In this document: positions 38,721 through 49,022 of the stretch, piece after piece
How positions within the stretch are numbered: position 1 is the first letter of the stretch
How the letters are laid out: each line of letters begins with the position of its first letter
Source of the DNA: a virus
Lineage: Duplodnaviria; Caudoviricetes
Virus record (IMG/VR): IMGVR_UViG_3300027985_000418
Span: 1-61,029 of that record
Length of the DNA stretch: 61,029 bases
Strand: one strand, 5' to 3'
Notes under the pieces: generated by a model
What the model was told of the DNA's origin: nothing
Seen by the model: the letters and a program-made list of their open reading frames with translations, nothing else
Database searches by the model: none
Position numbers and translations under genes: made by a program

Positions 38721-39650
38721 ATGAAAATTATAGAACAGGGTTATGAGATTCTTAAACCTAAAGGGGTATTACAACACATTGAACAAATTGGGAGAGTGTG
38801 TTATAAAAGTGAAGATAAAATTACAGAAGGTTCTGCATCTAAATTTGTAAATATGCTATTCAATAATGGACATTATGCAATGTTGGAACACTACAGATTT
38901 ATTATCCAAATCCCACGTGAATTATATAAAAACATAATATGGTATAATCCACATTATATTACTATGACATTCGATAATTCAAGGTCTAGATTCATTATCT
39001 CATTCTCAGCAAGAGGTATATATGAATTATATTTAACTATCAATCGTTTCGGTGATGACTATGAAACACTTTACCAAATTTCAGACATTATTTATCAAAT
39101 TTGTGAAAAACATAATTGTCATGAGATGTTTGGTAATAAATGGATTAATGTATATAATGCAGATAATGAAAAATATAATGAGATTGAAGTTACTGATATG
39201 TCAGATTATGAGAAATTGCATCATAATTGGATGTCTGTCAAATTTATTACTGATCGTGGTATATCACATGAGTTAGTAAGACATCGTGATGCATCATTTG
39301 CACAAGAATCTACAAGATATTGTGATTATTCAGCAGATGGGTGTACATATATTAAACCGTCATATTGGAAAGATGGATCTCAATTAATGTTAAATCTTGA
39401 AGTACAATGCCAAATGGACGAAGAAATGTATAATAAAATGAAAGTATTAGGTGCTGTACCACAAGAACGTAGGGCAGTATTAAATAATGCAATTAAAACA
39501 GAAATTGTTGTTACTGCTACGGAAAATGAATGGAATCATATATTTGATCTACGAGCAATTGGTACAACTGGATCTCCACACCCACAAATGAAAGCTTTGA
39601 TGTTACCATTATATGAAGAGTGTATGTTGCATAATGGCTGTATTAGATAA
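38721..39650 (+). CDS. thyX: FAD-dependent thymidylate synthase
   Basis: RGISHELVRHR..SFAQESTRY signature; HPQM. Confidence 0.92.
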   Translation: MKIIEQGYEILKPKGVLQHIEQIGRVCYKSEDKITEGSASKFVNMLFNNGHYAMLEHYRFIIQIPRELYKNIIWYNPHYITMTFDNSRSRFIISFSARGIYELYLTINRFGDDYETLYQISDIIYQICEKHNCHEMFGNKWINVYNADNEKYNEIEVTDMSDYEKLHHNWMSVKFITDRGISHELVRHRDASFAQESTRYCDYSADGCTYIKPSYWKDGSQLMLNLEVQCQMDEEMYNKMKVLGAVPQERRAVLNNAIKTEIVVTATENEWNHIFDLRAIGTTGSPHPQMKALMLPLYEECMLHNGCIR

Positions 39651-39801
39651 TGATATAAGGGTATGTCCACATTGTGGTAAAAGGTTTATATATAGACCTG
39701 CTACAATATATAAACACAAGCGAAATGGGATGACATACATATATTGTAGTTACACATGTTGGAGAGAAAATAGACCTAGAAAATACAGGAGGAAGCTATG
39801 A
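39634..39801 (+). CDS. Small zinc-finger protein
   Basis: CPHCGKRF...YCSYTC. Confidence 0.6.
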   Translation: MAVLDNDIRVCPHCGKRFIYRPATIYKHKRNGMTYIYCSYTCWRENRPRKYRRKL

Positions 39802-40400
39802 ATCATTTAATTATCATGAATGGAAAACCATTGTCTGGCAAAGACACATTCGTCAAACATTGTATGTTACATACCTTTGATATTGATTATTTATCATATG
39901 CATTTTCATCGATAGATCCAATCAAGGAGATATGTATAAAACTTGGTTGGGATAGTAGGACTAAAAATGATTATTGGCGAGATATTATGTATAAATTAAA
40001 ACAAATATGGATTGCATCATGTAATGGTCCTATGGTATATATATCTGACACAGTAATAGAAAGAATAAGGGTTAGTGGTCACAACAATAATATAATATTT
40101 GTTGATATTCGTGAGATATCTGAAATCGAAGCTGTTGTAGCAGAATTTAGTAGGCTATCATTTATCAAATGTCATACAGTATTAATTCATCGTGATGAAG
40201 TATCACACATTAATCATGGGAATGTCGCAGATGATGATGTCAATAATTATAAATACGATTATGTATTTAATAATATCGATATTAATGATATTGGTGCAAT
40301 TACAATAGCTTTCATTAATAATATTACACAGAATTCTGTGACAAAGAATATTAGTAATGGCAATTATATTAAAGAAACATTTATTGGAGGTATTAATTAA
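39798..40400 (+). CDS. P-loop (d)NMP kinase-like protein
   Basis: NGKPLSGKDT, DPIKE, DIRE and NVADDDV..YKYD motifs. Confidence 0.7.
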   Translation: MNHLIIMNGKPLSGKDTFVKHCMLHTFDIDYLSYAFSSIDPIKEICIKLGWDSRTKNDYWRDIMYKLKQIWIASCNGPMVYISDTVIERIRVSGHNNNIIFVDIREISEIEAVVAEFSRLSFIKCHTVLIHRDEVSHINHGNVADDDVNNYKYDYVFNNIDINDIGAITIAFINNITQNSVTKNISNGNYIKETFIGGIN

Positions 40401-40837
40401 TGGAAAATACAATAGAATCATTTCGTGCATTACTCGATGGGATGGATGACGAAGAATTGGTACAAACATTAGAATCAATGATGAAGAATCATAATGAACG
40501 TGAAGTATTTATATTGATTAAGGATCATATCCCTAATATGAGGATACAATTATTAAGAAAAAATATCCCACTATATCAAAGATTTCAAATTGTTAAGCAG
40601 GAATCACAAGCTTCATGGGATTATGATAATAAGTCTGCAAAAATGTATGATGTAAATGTTGCGTGTACTAAGGTTTATGGGATTCTGCTCAGAATGATTA
40701 AAGCGACTAACGATGATGCAAAACAACAATTTAATCAAATGAAATCAGCACTCAATAAAATAGAAGAACATCTTGGTATCGAAATTACAAAATGGGAGAG
40801 TGACGAACCAAATGCAAATGAGCAGGGAAACACGTAA
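40400..40837 (+). CDS. Hypothetical protein
   Basis: GGAGGT RBS; coupled to neighbours. Confidence 0.65.
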   Translation: MENTIESFRALLDGMDDEELVQTLESMMKNHNEREVFILIKDHIPNMRIQLLRKNIPLYQRFQIVKQESQASWDYDNKSAKMYDVNVACTKVYGILLRMIKATNDDAKQQFNQMKSALNKIEEHLGIEITKWESDEPNANEQGNT

Positions 40838-41480
40838 GGTATTCGATTTATTGAATGAAATATCTAATAAAGATGGTGTGCAGGGTATAATTGTACCTGC
40901 ACATCTTTTTATATGTGATCAATTAGTCTATAAATATTATACACCAATTATTTGTAATATATTAAAAAAACAGATATTATCAATTAAGAAAAAGGAATAT
41001 AAGCATTATACAATAGATTATTGGTATCCAATATTAAATAATATGTTGAGCAATAATATACAGGCACATAGAAAAGATATAAAGGAATTACCACATATAA
41101 TATATCAGGAATCATTTGGGATTATAATTAAATATTTGATTGTGGATTATTCTATAGATGACATATATAGTATATTTGATATATGTGCAACATACAATAC
41201 GATCGATATATCAGATGCTTGTAATACAGCAATAAAATGTGAGGTTAGATCTGTTCCATATATTAAAGCAATATTAGAAAAAGTTGATGCATACAAGCAA
41301 GTCAAAATGGCAGAAATACAAAAAATTAATGACAAAGCCAATAAATCCAATACAATTCTTGAACAAGAAAAACATGTACATACAATAATGGATTTAGCTA
41401 CCATGCAATATAATTATAATGTAATGAGAGAGAATTCTTTAATTGAACGTAAATTCAATGAAAAATTTGGAGGTAAGTAA
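40812..41480 (+). CDS. Hypothetical protein with a DnaD-like motif (possible helicase loader)
   Basis: A.....RSVPYIKAILE resembles the DnaD/DnaB_2 YIxxIL motif; upstream of the primase-helicase. Confidence 0.45.
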   Translation: MQMSRETRKVFDLLNEISNKDGVQGIIVPAHLFICDQLVYKYYTPIICNILKKQILSIKKKEYKHYTIDYWYPILNNMLSNNIQAHRKDIKELPHIIYQESFGIIIKYLIVDYSIDDIYSIFDICATYNTIDISDACNTAIKCEVRSVPYIKAILEKVDAYKQVKMAEIQKINDKANKSNTILEQEKHVHTIMDLATMQYNYNVMRENSLIERKFNEKFGGK

Positions 41481-41674
41481 TGGATATAAAGACTGTTAAT
41501 ATAGATAAAATATTATCTAATACTAAAAATATAATACCAATAAAATTAAACGGCAAAATGATTGGTAATGGACTTGTAGTAAATAATGAGATACATTGTC
41601 AATTATGGGATGAAGATACCCATAAATCTTTGCTTAAAAATAATAAAATATCAATATCTATGGAGGTAAGATAA
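41480..41674 (+). CDS. Hypothetical protein
   Basis: GGAGGT RBS; TAATG coupling. Confidence 0.55.
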   Translation: MDIKTVNIDKILSNTKNIIPIKLNGKMIGNGLVVNNEIHCQLWDEDTHKSLLKNNKISISMEVR

Positions 41675-41675
41675 T

Positions 41676-44291
41676 ATGCCAATATTTAACGACATAGAAT
41701 TGGTAAGACAAGAATTAAAAAGGAATATGCCATTAAATGAATTAATAGCATTGGTTGATCATAAATTCACCATCGATACTGGCACAAAATGTGATGGTAT
41801 CGAAAGAGTTAATGATGAGTTGTATAAGAAAAGATGTGATCTATTGTCACATAAGATAGATAGTGATGGTACACGTGATAGTACACCATCATTTACTATA
41901 TGTCCGCCAAAAGAATTATGGTATTGTTTTGGGTGTGGTGCTAGTGGCGATAGATTTGAATACATATCACAAAGATTTAATGTTGACCATTATGAATCTA
42001 TTGTCATGTGTGCAGAAATACAAGGATTTGACTTGAATCCATATTATAAGGATATGTCAATAGAAGAACAGGCAAGACTTAATTTATATCTAGAGAATGA
42101 TGGTGCAAGAGATTTAGCACACAACACACTACTGATGGATGATAATGCTAGGAATTATCTATTACAACGTGGTATTACTGATGAATCAATAGATAGATAT
42201 CAGATAGGATATGCACCACCATTAAATGATGGCAAAACGATATTTGATAATATTGCTAATTGTAAAACATTACAATTACATCGCAAAAACCAATTTAATG
42301 ATGCCATCGTCTTTCCAATTAATAATATAGATGGGCATATGAGATACTTCCAATCTAGACCATTCAATCCATTACCAGGACAAAAATATATATGTGCTGA
42401 TGATACACATCCATTATTTGAAGATTATAAAATATTTGGATTAGACATCGCTCGTAGAATGGTATCAAAACACAATGGTAAAATGATATGTGTAGAGGGT
42501 GCACCAGATACTATTGCCTGTACACAACAGGGCATATGTGCATGTGGTCTATTAGGTACTGTATTTAATGAAAATACATATGAACTATTTAGTAAGTATC
42601 ATATAAATGAAATCATATTGTTGCTTGATGGAGATTTACCAGGAAGAACTAAATCATTCAAGATAGCAGAAAAATATCTAGAAATGAATACCAATATTGT
42701 ATTGAAAATAGCTACAATTGACGAAGAATTAGATCCAGAAGAATATATTAATAAGAATGGTAAAGACAAACTTATTAATATTATTGATAATGCGAAATAT
42801 GCTATACAATATCTTATTGATTTAAAATGGAATGAAGCTAAAACACCTACAGATAAAATGAACTTCATGCAATCAATCAAGATATATATGGATGCTGTAC
42901 ATGATAAAATATCAAAGAGTATAATGATTACGGATATTGCTGAAAAATTATGTATAGATCCAATACAAGTGCAAGATTTCTATAATGCATCTATAGCAGA
43001 TAAATCTGGTATTCTTGTTACTATTAATGGTGAAGCAACTGTATTAGGACAGGCTATTAGGGATAAAGATTTTGTTACTGAATTATGTACAAGATTTAAG
43101 GAAGATGATTGGTATCTAATAAAACATAAATATTTGTTTAATATCTTAAAGAAAGCCGAATTCACAGATATAGAGTCATTATATACAATAGCAAAGAATC
43201 TAAATATTGATAATATTATAACACGCACTTGGCTACAATCATTGTATGATGATAGTGGTAATGTTACATTCTGCTTAAAGGATATGGAAGACAAATTGAT
43301 AAGAAGACGCTCTATCGAATTACTAAATAAAACAAAATCAAATATATCGGATATGTCATTAGATGTATCGGTGATGTTAGAAAAACATACTGTAGATATA
43401 TTCAATATTACACATAAATCAACCAATAATAAAGTATTTGATGCACACACACAAGTAAGCGATGCAATGAATATAATACAAGAACGCATGAAAAACCCTG
43501 GTGAAATAATTGGATATAGTTTAGGTAGCAACTTTAGAAAAACTACTCTAGCAATGTTGGGTGTACAAACCAAAACACTTACAATAGTTGCCGCTAATCA
43601 ATCAGTAGGTAAAACTCTAATGTGTGAAAACTGGGCATTACATCAAGCTGTTGATTTGGGTATTGGTGTATTATGGTTTACATTAGAAATGGATAAAGAT
43701 AGAATGACATTCAGAAATTTATCCATATTAAGTAATGTACCATGTACTGGTTTAATGACTGGTAACATCACACAGGAACAAAAGCATGAAATTGATATGT
43801 CTGCAATTAAATTAGATGGATCAACATTATTCTTATCAGAACGTGGTCACGATTTGAATGAAGCATTAGCAATAGCTAGAAAATATGTTATTAAGGATAA
43901 AGTTAAGATAATATATGTCGATTACATACAATTACAATATATTAGTGATAAACGTACTGATGCTAGACATAGAGAATTAGGTATGATATCAAAAGCATGG
44001 AAACAATTTTCACAGGATATGGATGTAGCTGTTATAGCTTTATCACAATTAAATAAGGAAGCATTATCTACCAAAACAGCCGAAGCATCACAAGGTGCAG
44101 GGAGTTATGAAATTGCACAAGATGCCGATGTATATGTTACATTGAAAGATAAATCAGAGGAAGAGATATCACAACGTGGAATTGACCATGGTAATATCAC
44201 TTTAAACTTGTCTAAGAATCGTATGGGTGAGAGGGAGATATTAATCGATATATATGCAGATAAGCCAGTGTATAGAATGTCAGAAGTATAA
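41676..44291 (+). CDS. DnaG-type primase fused to a DnaB-type helicase
   Basis: CHC2-like C..H..TPSF..WYCFGC, TOPRIM EGAPD/DGDLPG, Walker A ANQSVGKT, LEM, VDYIQL, LSQLN, IAQDAD, KNRMG. Confidence 0.92.
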   Translation: MPIFNDIELVRQELKRNMPLNELIALVDHKFTIDTGTKCDGIERVNDELYKKRCDLLSHKIDSDGTRDSTPSFTICPPKELWYCFGCGASGDRFEYISQRFNVDHYESIVMCAEIQGFDLNPYYKDMSIEEQARLNLYLENDGARDLAHNTLLMDDNARNYLLQRGITDESIDRYQIGYAPPLNDGKTIFDNIANCKTLQLHRKNQFNDAIVFPINNIDGHMRYFQSRPFNPLPGQKYICADDTHPLFEDYKIFGLDIARRMVSKHNGKMICVEGAPDTIACTQQGICACGLLGTVFNENTYELFSKYHINEIILLLDGDLPGRTKSFKIAEKYLEMNTNIVLKIATIDEELDPEEYINKNGKDKLINIIDNAKYAIQYLIDLKWNEAKTPTDKMNFMQSIKIYMDAVHDKISKSIMITDIAEKLCIDPIQVQDFYNASIADKSGILVTINGEATVLGQAIRDKDFVTELCTRFKEDDWYLIKHKYLFNILKKAEFTDIESLYTIAKNLNIDNIITRTWLQSLYDDSGNVTFCLKDMEDKLIRRRSIELLNKTKSNISDMSLDVSVMLEKHTVDIFNITHKSTNNKVFDAHTQVSDAMNIIQERMKNPGEIIGYSLGSNFRKTTLAMLGVQTKTLTIVAANQSVGKTLMCENWALHQAVDLGIGVLWFTLEMDKDRMTFRNLSILSNVPCTGLMTGNITQEQKHEIDMSAIKLDGSTLFLSERGHDLNEALAIARKYVIKDKVKIIYVDYIQLQYISDKRTDARHRELGMISKAWKQFSQDMDVAVIALSQLNKEALSTKTAEASQGAGSYEIAQDADVYVTLKDKSEEEISQRGIDHGNITLNLSKNRMGEREILIDIYADKPVYRMSEV

Positions 44292-44310
44292 AATATTGGT
44301 TTGTGTCAAT

Positions 44311-44341
44311 TTTATACGGTTATATCATGGTGCTATATAAT
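44311..44341 (+). promoter_or_regulatory. Putative middle promoter upstream of the adk-nrdG-nrdD-dut operon
   Basis: TTTATA-N17-TATATA in an intergenic gap. Confidence 0.5.
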
Positions 44342-44373
44342 AAATAGACTTTATAAAGATAGGAGGGATAATT

Positions 44374-44913
44374 ATGAAAACATGTATCGTAATGACTGGT
44401 TATCCATGTAGTGGTAAATCGGCAATAGGCAAAAGTGTAGCATTGTTACTCAAAATACCATATATATCATCTGGTGATATTGCAAGACAAATGGCTGAGG
44501 AAGAAATAAATGCAGATGTAAATACAGCATTAAAGAATGGTATGATGGCAACGGAAGACAAAATGAGATCGAGAATGTATGAAATATTAAAAGAAACCAT
44601 TAAACACAATAAAATATTTATATTAGATGGTTTCCCACGATTTGATGATCAAAGATTGTGGATAGAAAAGCAATTTGATATTAATTATGTATATATTGAC
44701 ATACAGGCACGTCTAGACAATATTCTAGCTAGAGCAAAATCTAGATGCAGACAAGACGATGATAAATCTATATTAATAAGACGTATAGAATGGTATGAAG
44801 AAAATACTATGCCAATGCTTAAACAAATAAATCCAATTGTAATATCTGGCGATGCGTCAATTGAAGATGCATCAAATGAATTGATTCGCATAATATCGGA
44901 GGTCATATTATAA
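44374..44913 (+). CDS. Adenylate kinase-family NMP kinase
   Basis: GYPCSGKS, ISSGDIAR, LDGFPR, R.DD...RR..Y...T.P motifs. Confidence 0.88.
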   Translation: MKTCIVMTGYPCSGKSAIGKSVALLLKIPYISSGDIARQMAEEEINADVNTALKNGMMATEDKMRSRMYEILKETIKHNKIFILDGFPRFDDQRLWIEKQFDINYVYIDIQARLDNILARAKSRCRQDDDKSILIRRIEWYEENTMPMLKQINPIVISGDASIEDASNELIRIISEVIL

Positions 44914-45398
44914 TGTTGGATTATACAATGTGGGTAGAATCAGTAGATCGATATGATTTTATTAATAATCCAACTGATGAAACACCATCTATTACAATAT
45001 GGTTTAGTGGTTGCACATTTAATTGTCCTGGATGTCACAATTATAGACTACAGAATAGAAATGAGGACCAACAAATTTCAGTAAATAGATTATTAAGTCA
45101 AGTAATAGAATATGCACAAAATGTTAAATCTATTGTATTACTTGGTGGTGAACCATTACAACAACCAAATATTATATTATTCCTAACAAAATTAAGGGAG
45201 ATATTAGGACATGGATATAAAATATGGTTATATACTGGTTATGAATTTGCTGATATACCAATCCCAATATTAAATTTAGTAGATATTGTTAAATGTGGTA
45301 AATTTGACAATACAAAATTAACTGGTGGTTTCCCATCATCATCCAATCAACAATTATGGAAATATACTACTGGATGGGATAAATTTACAATAAATTGA
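44913..45398 (+). CDS. nrdG: Anaerobic ribonucleotide reductase activase
   Basis: GCTFNCPGCHN radical-SAM motif, LGGEP, WLYTG, SSNQ. Confidence 0.92.
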   Translation: MLDYTMWVESVDRYDFINNPTDETPSITIWFSGCTFNCPGCHNYRLQNRNEDQQISVNRLLSQVIEYAQNVKSIVLLGGEPLQQPNIILFLTKLREILGHGYKIWLYTGYEFADIPIPILNLVDIVKCGKFDNTKLTGGFPSSSNQQLWKYTTGWDKFTIN

Positions 45399-45407
45399 TT
45401 ATGGGAG

Positions 45408-47372
45408 TTGACATCTATGAAAATAGGTATGAATTTAATTAAGGAATTTGAAGACCTGTATGATAGTTTTATCCAATCTGATAAAGGGTTGGAATTATTA
45501 AAAATCGAGGGCATTGCACCATCAGATTTAGATATTGGTATTCTAAGTCACAATTTCTTCGATAATAAGTTATCAGATATTGCAACAGATTCTAATTCAA
45601 ATGCAAATGAAGATATATCTCCAACAAGCTATCGTACATATACAACAAATGGTCAAATGAAATTACTTGGATATCATTTATTATGGTATTATGCTAATAG
45701 GAGATTTGGTCTAGAGTGGGCAAACCAAGCAATAACTGCTATATGGAGTGGTGATTTATATTTCCATGATGCACATGGTGTGAAGATCCAGATGCCATAC
45801 TGTTATGCGTTTAGTTTAGATAAACTGGTATTTGAGGGTAGACCTTATGGATCATCGCCAAATACACCACCTAAAAACAGAAAATCATTCTTATCACAAG
45901 TTGATAAGTTAATATCAGATTTGAGCAAACAATTTGCAGGTGCTACTGCACCGAGTGATTTCTTCCTATGGTATGCATATTATTGTAAACTGGAACATAT
46001 TGATATTGACACAGAAATCGGTAAACATACTGTGGTACAGGATATGCAGGGAATTGTTTGTTTATTTAATGAATCGAATCGTTCTGAGGGAGAACCACCA
46101 TTTACAAATTTGTCAATGTATGACTCTACAGGATTACATTCATTGTTTGGTCATATTGTATATCCAGACCATACAACACCAGATTTAGATTATATAATGA
46201 AATTACAAAATATATTCTGCGAATGGTTTAGTCATGGTGATCCTATTAGTGGATTCCCATATAAATTCCCAGTTGTAACCCAAAATTTAACTATTGATGA
46301 AAATCGAAATTTTGTAAATGAAAATGATGCCATGAATGTTGCAAGATTTAATTTGGAGAAGGGTAATTTTAATCTACATTTTGGTAAAAAGAATAAGATT
46401 GCTATGTGCTGTAGATATGAAAATGATCTTGATGACATGGAAATGACACCAGATTCATTTGGTAATGGTGGTGTTAATATCGGTTCTCATAGAGTCGCAA
46501 CACCAAATTATGGTAGAGCGGCATTATTAGCAAATAAGGATATTACGAAATTTATTGAAATTCTTGATGATTATTTTGATATTTGTGCAAAATTATTATA
46601 TATCCATCGTGTTGATATCCTACAAGGCAGGATTAACAAAAATCCACAATACCTCAAATTCTTTGGAAGTCTTGGATGGTTTGATTTGAATACAATGTTT
46701 AGTACATTTGGTGTTGTCGGTATATATGAAGCAATATCATTTTTAGGCTATGATATACTTGAAGACGATGGTACTGATCTTGGTATGGATATCATGCAAT
46801 ATATCAAGTCTAAAGTTAAACAATATAGAAACGAATATGGCTTTGTGTTTAATGCAGAGGAAATTCCAGGTGAGCAAGCTTGTGTATCATTATTGAATAA
46901 GGACAAGATCATAATAGATAAATCAACATTATCTAGTGATGTTGTTAGATTATTTGATGAATGCTATTTGTACTCAAATCAATATATACCATTAATAAAT
47001 AAAGCAGATATATTAACAAGAATTGATATATCTGGTAGATTCATGAATATGATATCTGGTGGTGGTATAGTACATGCAAATGTTGAAGCACCTATAGATA
47101 CTGTCGGCAAAATGTATGAATTAATGAAATTTACTGCTAAAAGTGGTGTACCACATATGGCTGTGTGTTATCGATTTGGTAGATGTAAATATCATAAGGC
47201 TACGATTATTGGACAAGATACGAAAGTATGTCCAATATGTGGAGAACCAATTGTACATACTAGGGCGAGAGTTATTGGATACTTTAGCGATGAGCATAAC
47301 TGGCATCCAGTAAGACAAGTTTACGATGCACCAAACCGTCACTATACAAAAAATGAACAAATAAACATCTAG
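45408..47372 (+). CDS. nrdD: Anaerobic (class III) ribonucleoside-triphosphate reductase
   Basis: YFHD, PYC, PFTN, FPV.T, MCCR, CPICG and glycyl-radical RVIGY motifs. Confidence 0.93.
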   Translation: MTSMKIGMNLIKEFEDLYDSFIQSDKGLELLKIEGIAPSDLDIGILSHNFFDNKLSDIATDSNSNANEDISPTSYRTYTTNGQMKLLGYHLLWYYANRRFGLEWANQAITAIWSGDLYFHDAHGVKIQMPYCYAFSLDKLVFEGRPYGSSPNTPPKNRKSFLSQVDKLISDLSKQFAGATAPSDFFLWYAYYCKLEHIDIDTEIGKHTVVQDMQGIVCLFNESNRSEGEPPFTNLSMYDSTGLHSLFGHIVYPDHTTPDLDYIMKLQNIFCEWFSHGDPISGFPYKFPVVTQNLTIDENRNFVNENDAMNVARFNLEKGNFNLHFGKKNKIAMCCRYENDLDDMEMTPDSFGNGGVNIGSHRVATPNYGRAALLANKDITKFIEILDDYFDICAKLLYIHRVDILQGRINKNPQYLKFFGSLGWFDLNTMFSTFGVVGIYEAISFLGYDILEDDGTDLGMDIMQYIKSKVKQYRNEYGFVFNAEEIPGEQACVSLLNKDKIIIDKSTLSSDVVRLFDECYLYSNQYIPLINKADILTRIDISGRFMNMISGGGIVHANVEAPIDTVGKMYELMKFTAKSGVPHMAVCYRFGRCKYHKATIIGQDTKVCPICGEPIVHTRARVIGYFSDEHNWHPVRQVYDAPNRHYTKNEQINI

Positions 47373-47386
47373 GAGGAATAAACAAA

Positions 47387-47935
47387 ATGAAGCAGTTACA
47401 GGTATTACGTAGTGAGATGGCTAAGGAATTCCCATTAATAGCAATCGCAAAAGATGGTGATGTTGGTATGGATTTATTTGCGTGTTTGCCATTAAAAGAA
47501 AATCATGAGCAATTACTTAAGGATTATTATGATGAATGTGGTCGCAAGGATGAAAAACCCTGTAGTATGGATTCACAATTTATCAAGGAATTAATTCATG
47601 AAACAATTACAATTATGCCAGGCGAAAGGGGTGTAATTCCAACAGGGATTAGATTAGGGTTACCATCAGATCGTTGGGCATCAATTGAAGCAAGAAGTAG
47701 TACATCAAAGAAAATGTTGGTAGTACCTAAAGGAGTTATTGACCAAGGATATCGTGGAGAATTATTTGCTGTCATATTGAACCTTGGGACAAATCCAGTA
47801 ACAATTTATCATGGCGACAGATATGTACAATTAATTCTGCATAAACGTGAGATTGCAGACATCGAAGTTATAGAGGTTGATAAATTATCAGAAACAGAAC
47901 GTGGAGATAGTGGTTTCGGATCAACTGGAAGATAG
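47387..47935 (+). CDS. dut: Trimeric dUTPase family protein with a ~35-aa insertion
   Basis: Motifs GMDL, IPTG, RSS, GVIDQGYRGE, GDRYVQL and RGDSGFGSTG. Confidence 0.85.
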   Translation: MKQLQVLRSEMAKEFPLIAIAKDGDVGMDLFACLPLKENHEQLLKDYYDECGRKDEKPCSMDSQFIKELIHETITIMPGERGVIPTGIRLGLPSDRWASIEARSSTSKKMLVVPKGVIDQGYRGELFAVILNLGTNPVTIYHGDRYVQLILHKREIADIEVIEVDKLSETERGDSGFGSTGR

Positions 47936-47945
47936 GTGATATAAT

Positions 47946-48695
47946 ATGGGTAGACTACAAGCAGGTGAAAATCCAAAAATAGACATGATCAATGCTTTAG
48001 TTGCCGATATAAAGTCATATAGTAGTACAAGCAAGGAGAGTATGACTGCTCTCCTTGATTTGTTTCATCCAATGTTATTAAATATATGTAGTAGATGGAG
48101 CAGGCATTTTGCTGATGATACACATACATTAATAAGATTTGACGAATTACTATCTGATGCACAATATTGGTTTATGAAATATACTATGGAGACATATACA
48201 ATAAATGGTTCGGCAGCATATAATAAATTTATTAAAGATCATATGACACAACGTATTAGATATATCTATGAATGCAAAATAAAATATTACAAGAATAACA
48301 TATTTCCAGATCCTAATAAACAAACAGATAATGATAATGATGATGATATGTTAGAAAATGTTACATATAAATATAAATCAGATCATGGTATTACTATTGA
48401 AGACGAGTATGAAGATAATTATACACAATATAGTAGAAATGAATTGGCAAATCAAATATTAACAATAGTGTCTGATACCAATAATTTTAATGATCGTGAT
48501 AGTCTTATATTTATCAGCATAGTATATAAAGGCAAAACACATGATGAAATTGCTAAACAATTAGATATATCACGTACTAGGGTTACACAGATTTTAAAAA
48601 GAGTTAAAGGCAGATTATATAAACTTTTAGAAAACAATCAAGATATCTGGACATTAATTAATTGTACAGATATTACATTTAATGAACAGGAGTGA
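47946..48695 (+). CDS. Sigma-70-family-like transcription factor (second copy)
   Basis: Region 4 HTH GKTHDEIAKQLDISRTRVTQILKR; region-2-like FDELLSDA. Confidence 0.75.
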   Translation: MGRLQAGENPKIDMINALVADIKSYSSTSKESMTALLDLFHPMLLNICSRWSRHFADDTHTLIRFDELLSDAQYWFMKYTMETYTINGSAAYNKFIKDHMTQRIRYIYECKIKYYKNNIFPDPNKQTDNDNDDDMLENVTYKYKSDHGITIEDEYEDNYTQYSRNELANQILTIVSDTNNFNDRDSLIFISIVYKGKTHDEIAKQLDISRTRVTQILKRVKGRLYKLLENNQDIWTLINCTDITFNEQE

Positions 48696-48706
48696 TGTCA
48701 TAATGA

Positions 48707-49018
48707 ATGATGTGTATGTGTCCACTTTATAGCTATGAATTTTGTTGTCCAATAGACAAAGATTGGGAGAATTGTAAGGTGAATAAATCACTAAATAACA
48801 ATAATAATGAGAATGTGAGGATACAGATAATGAATAATATGGAAATCAAAGAAGTATGGGATGGTCTGAGGGATTTGTGCGAGAATGGTACTACACATGA
48901 AATAAGAGAAATCGCTAGAAAAAGTCTAAATTTAATAACAGATATGTCTGCACAATCTGAGAGATTATGCAATCAAATTGTTAGACTAACTGGCATAGAT
49001 GTAAATAAGGGGTGTTGA
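48707..49018 (+). CDS. Hypothetical protein
   Basis: GGAGTG RBS. Confidence 0.55.
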   Translation: MMCMCPLYSYEFCCPIDKDWENCKVNKSLNNNNNENVRIQIMNNMEIKEVWDGLRDLCENGTTHEIREIARKSLNLITDMSAQSERLCNQIVRLTGIDVNKGC

Positions 49019-49022
49019 AATA

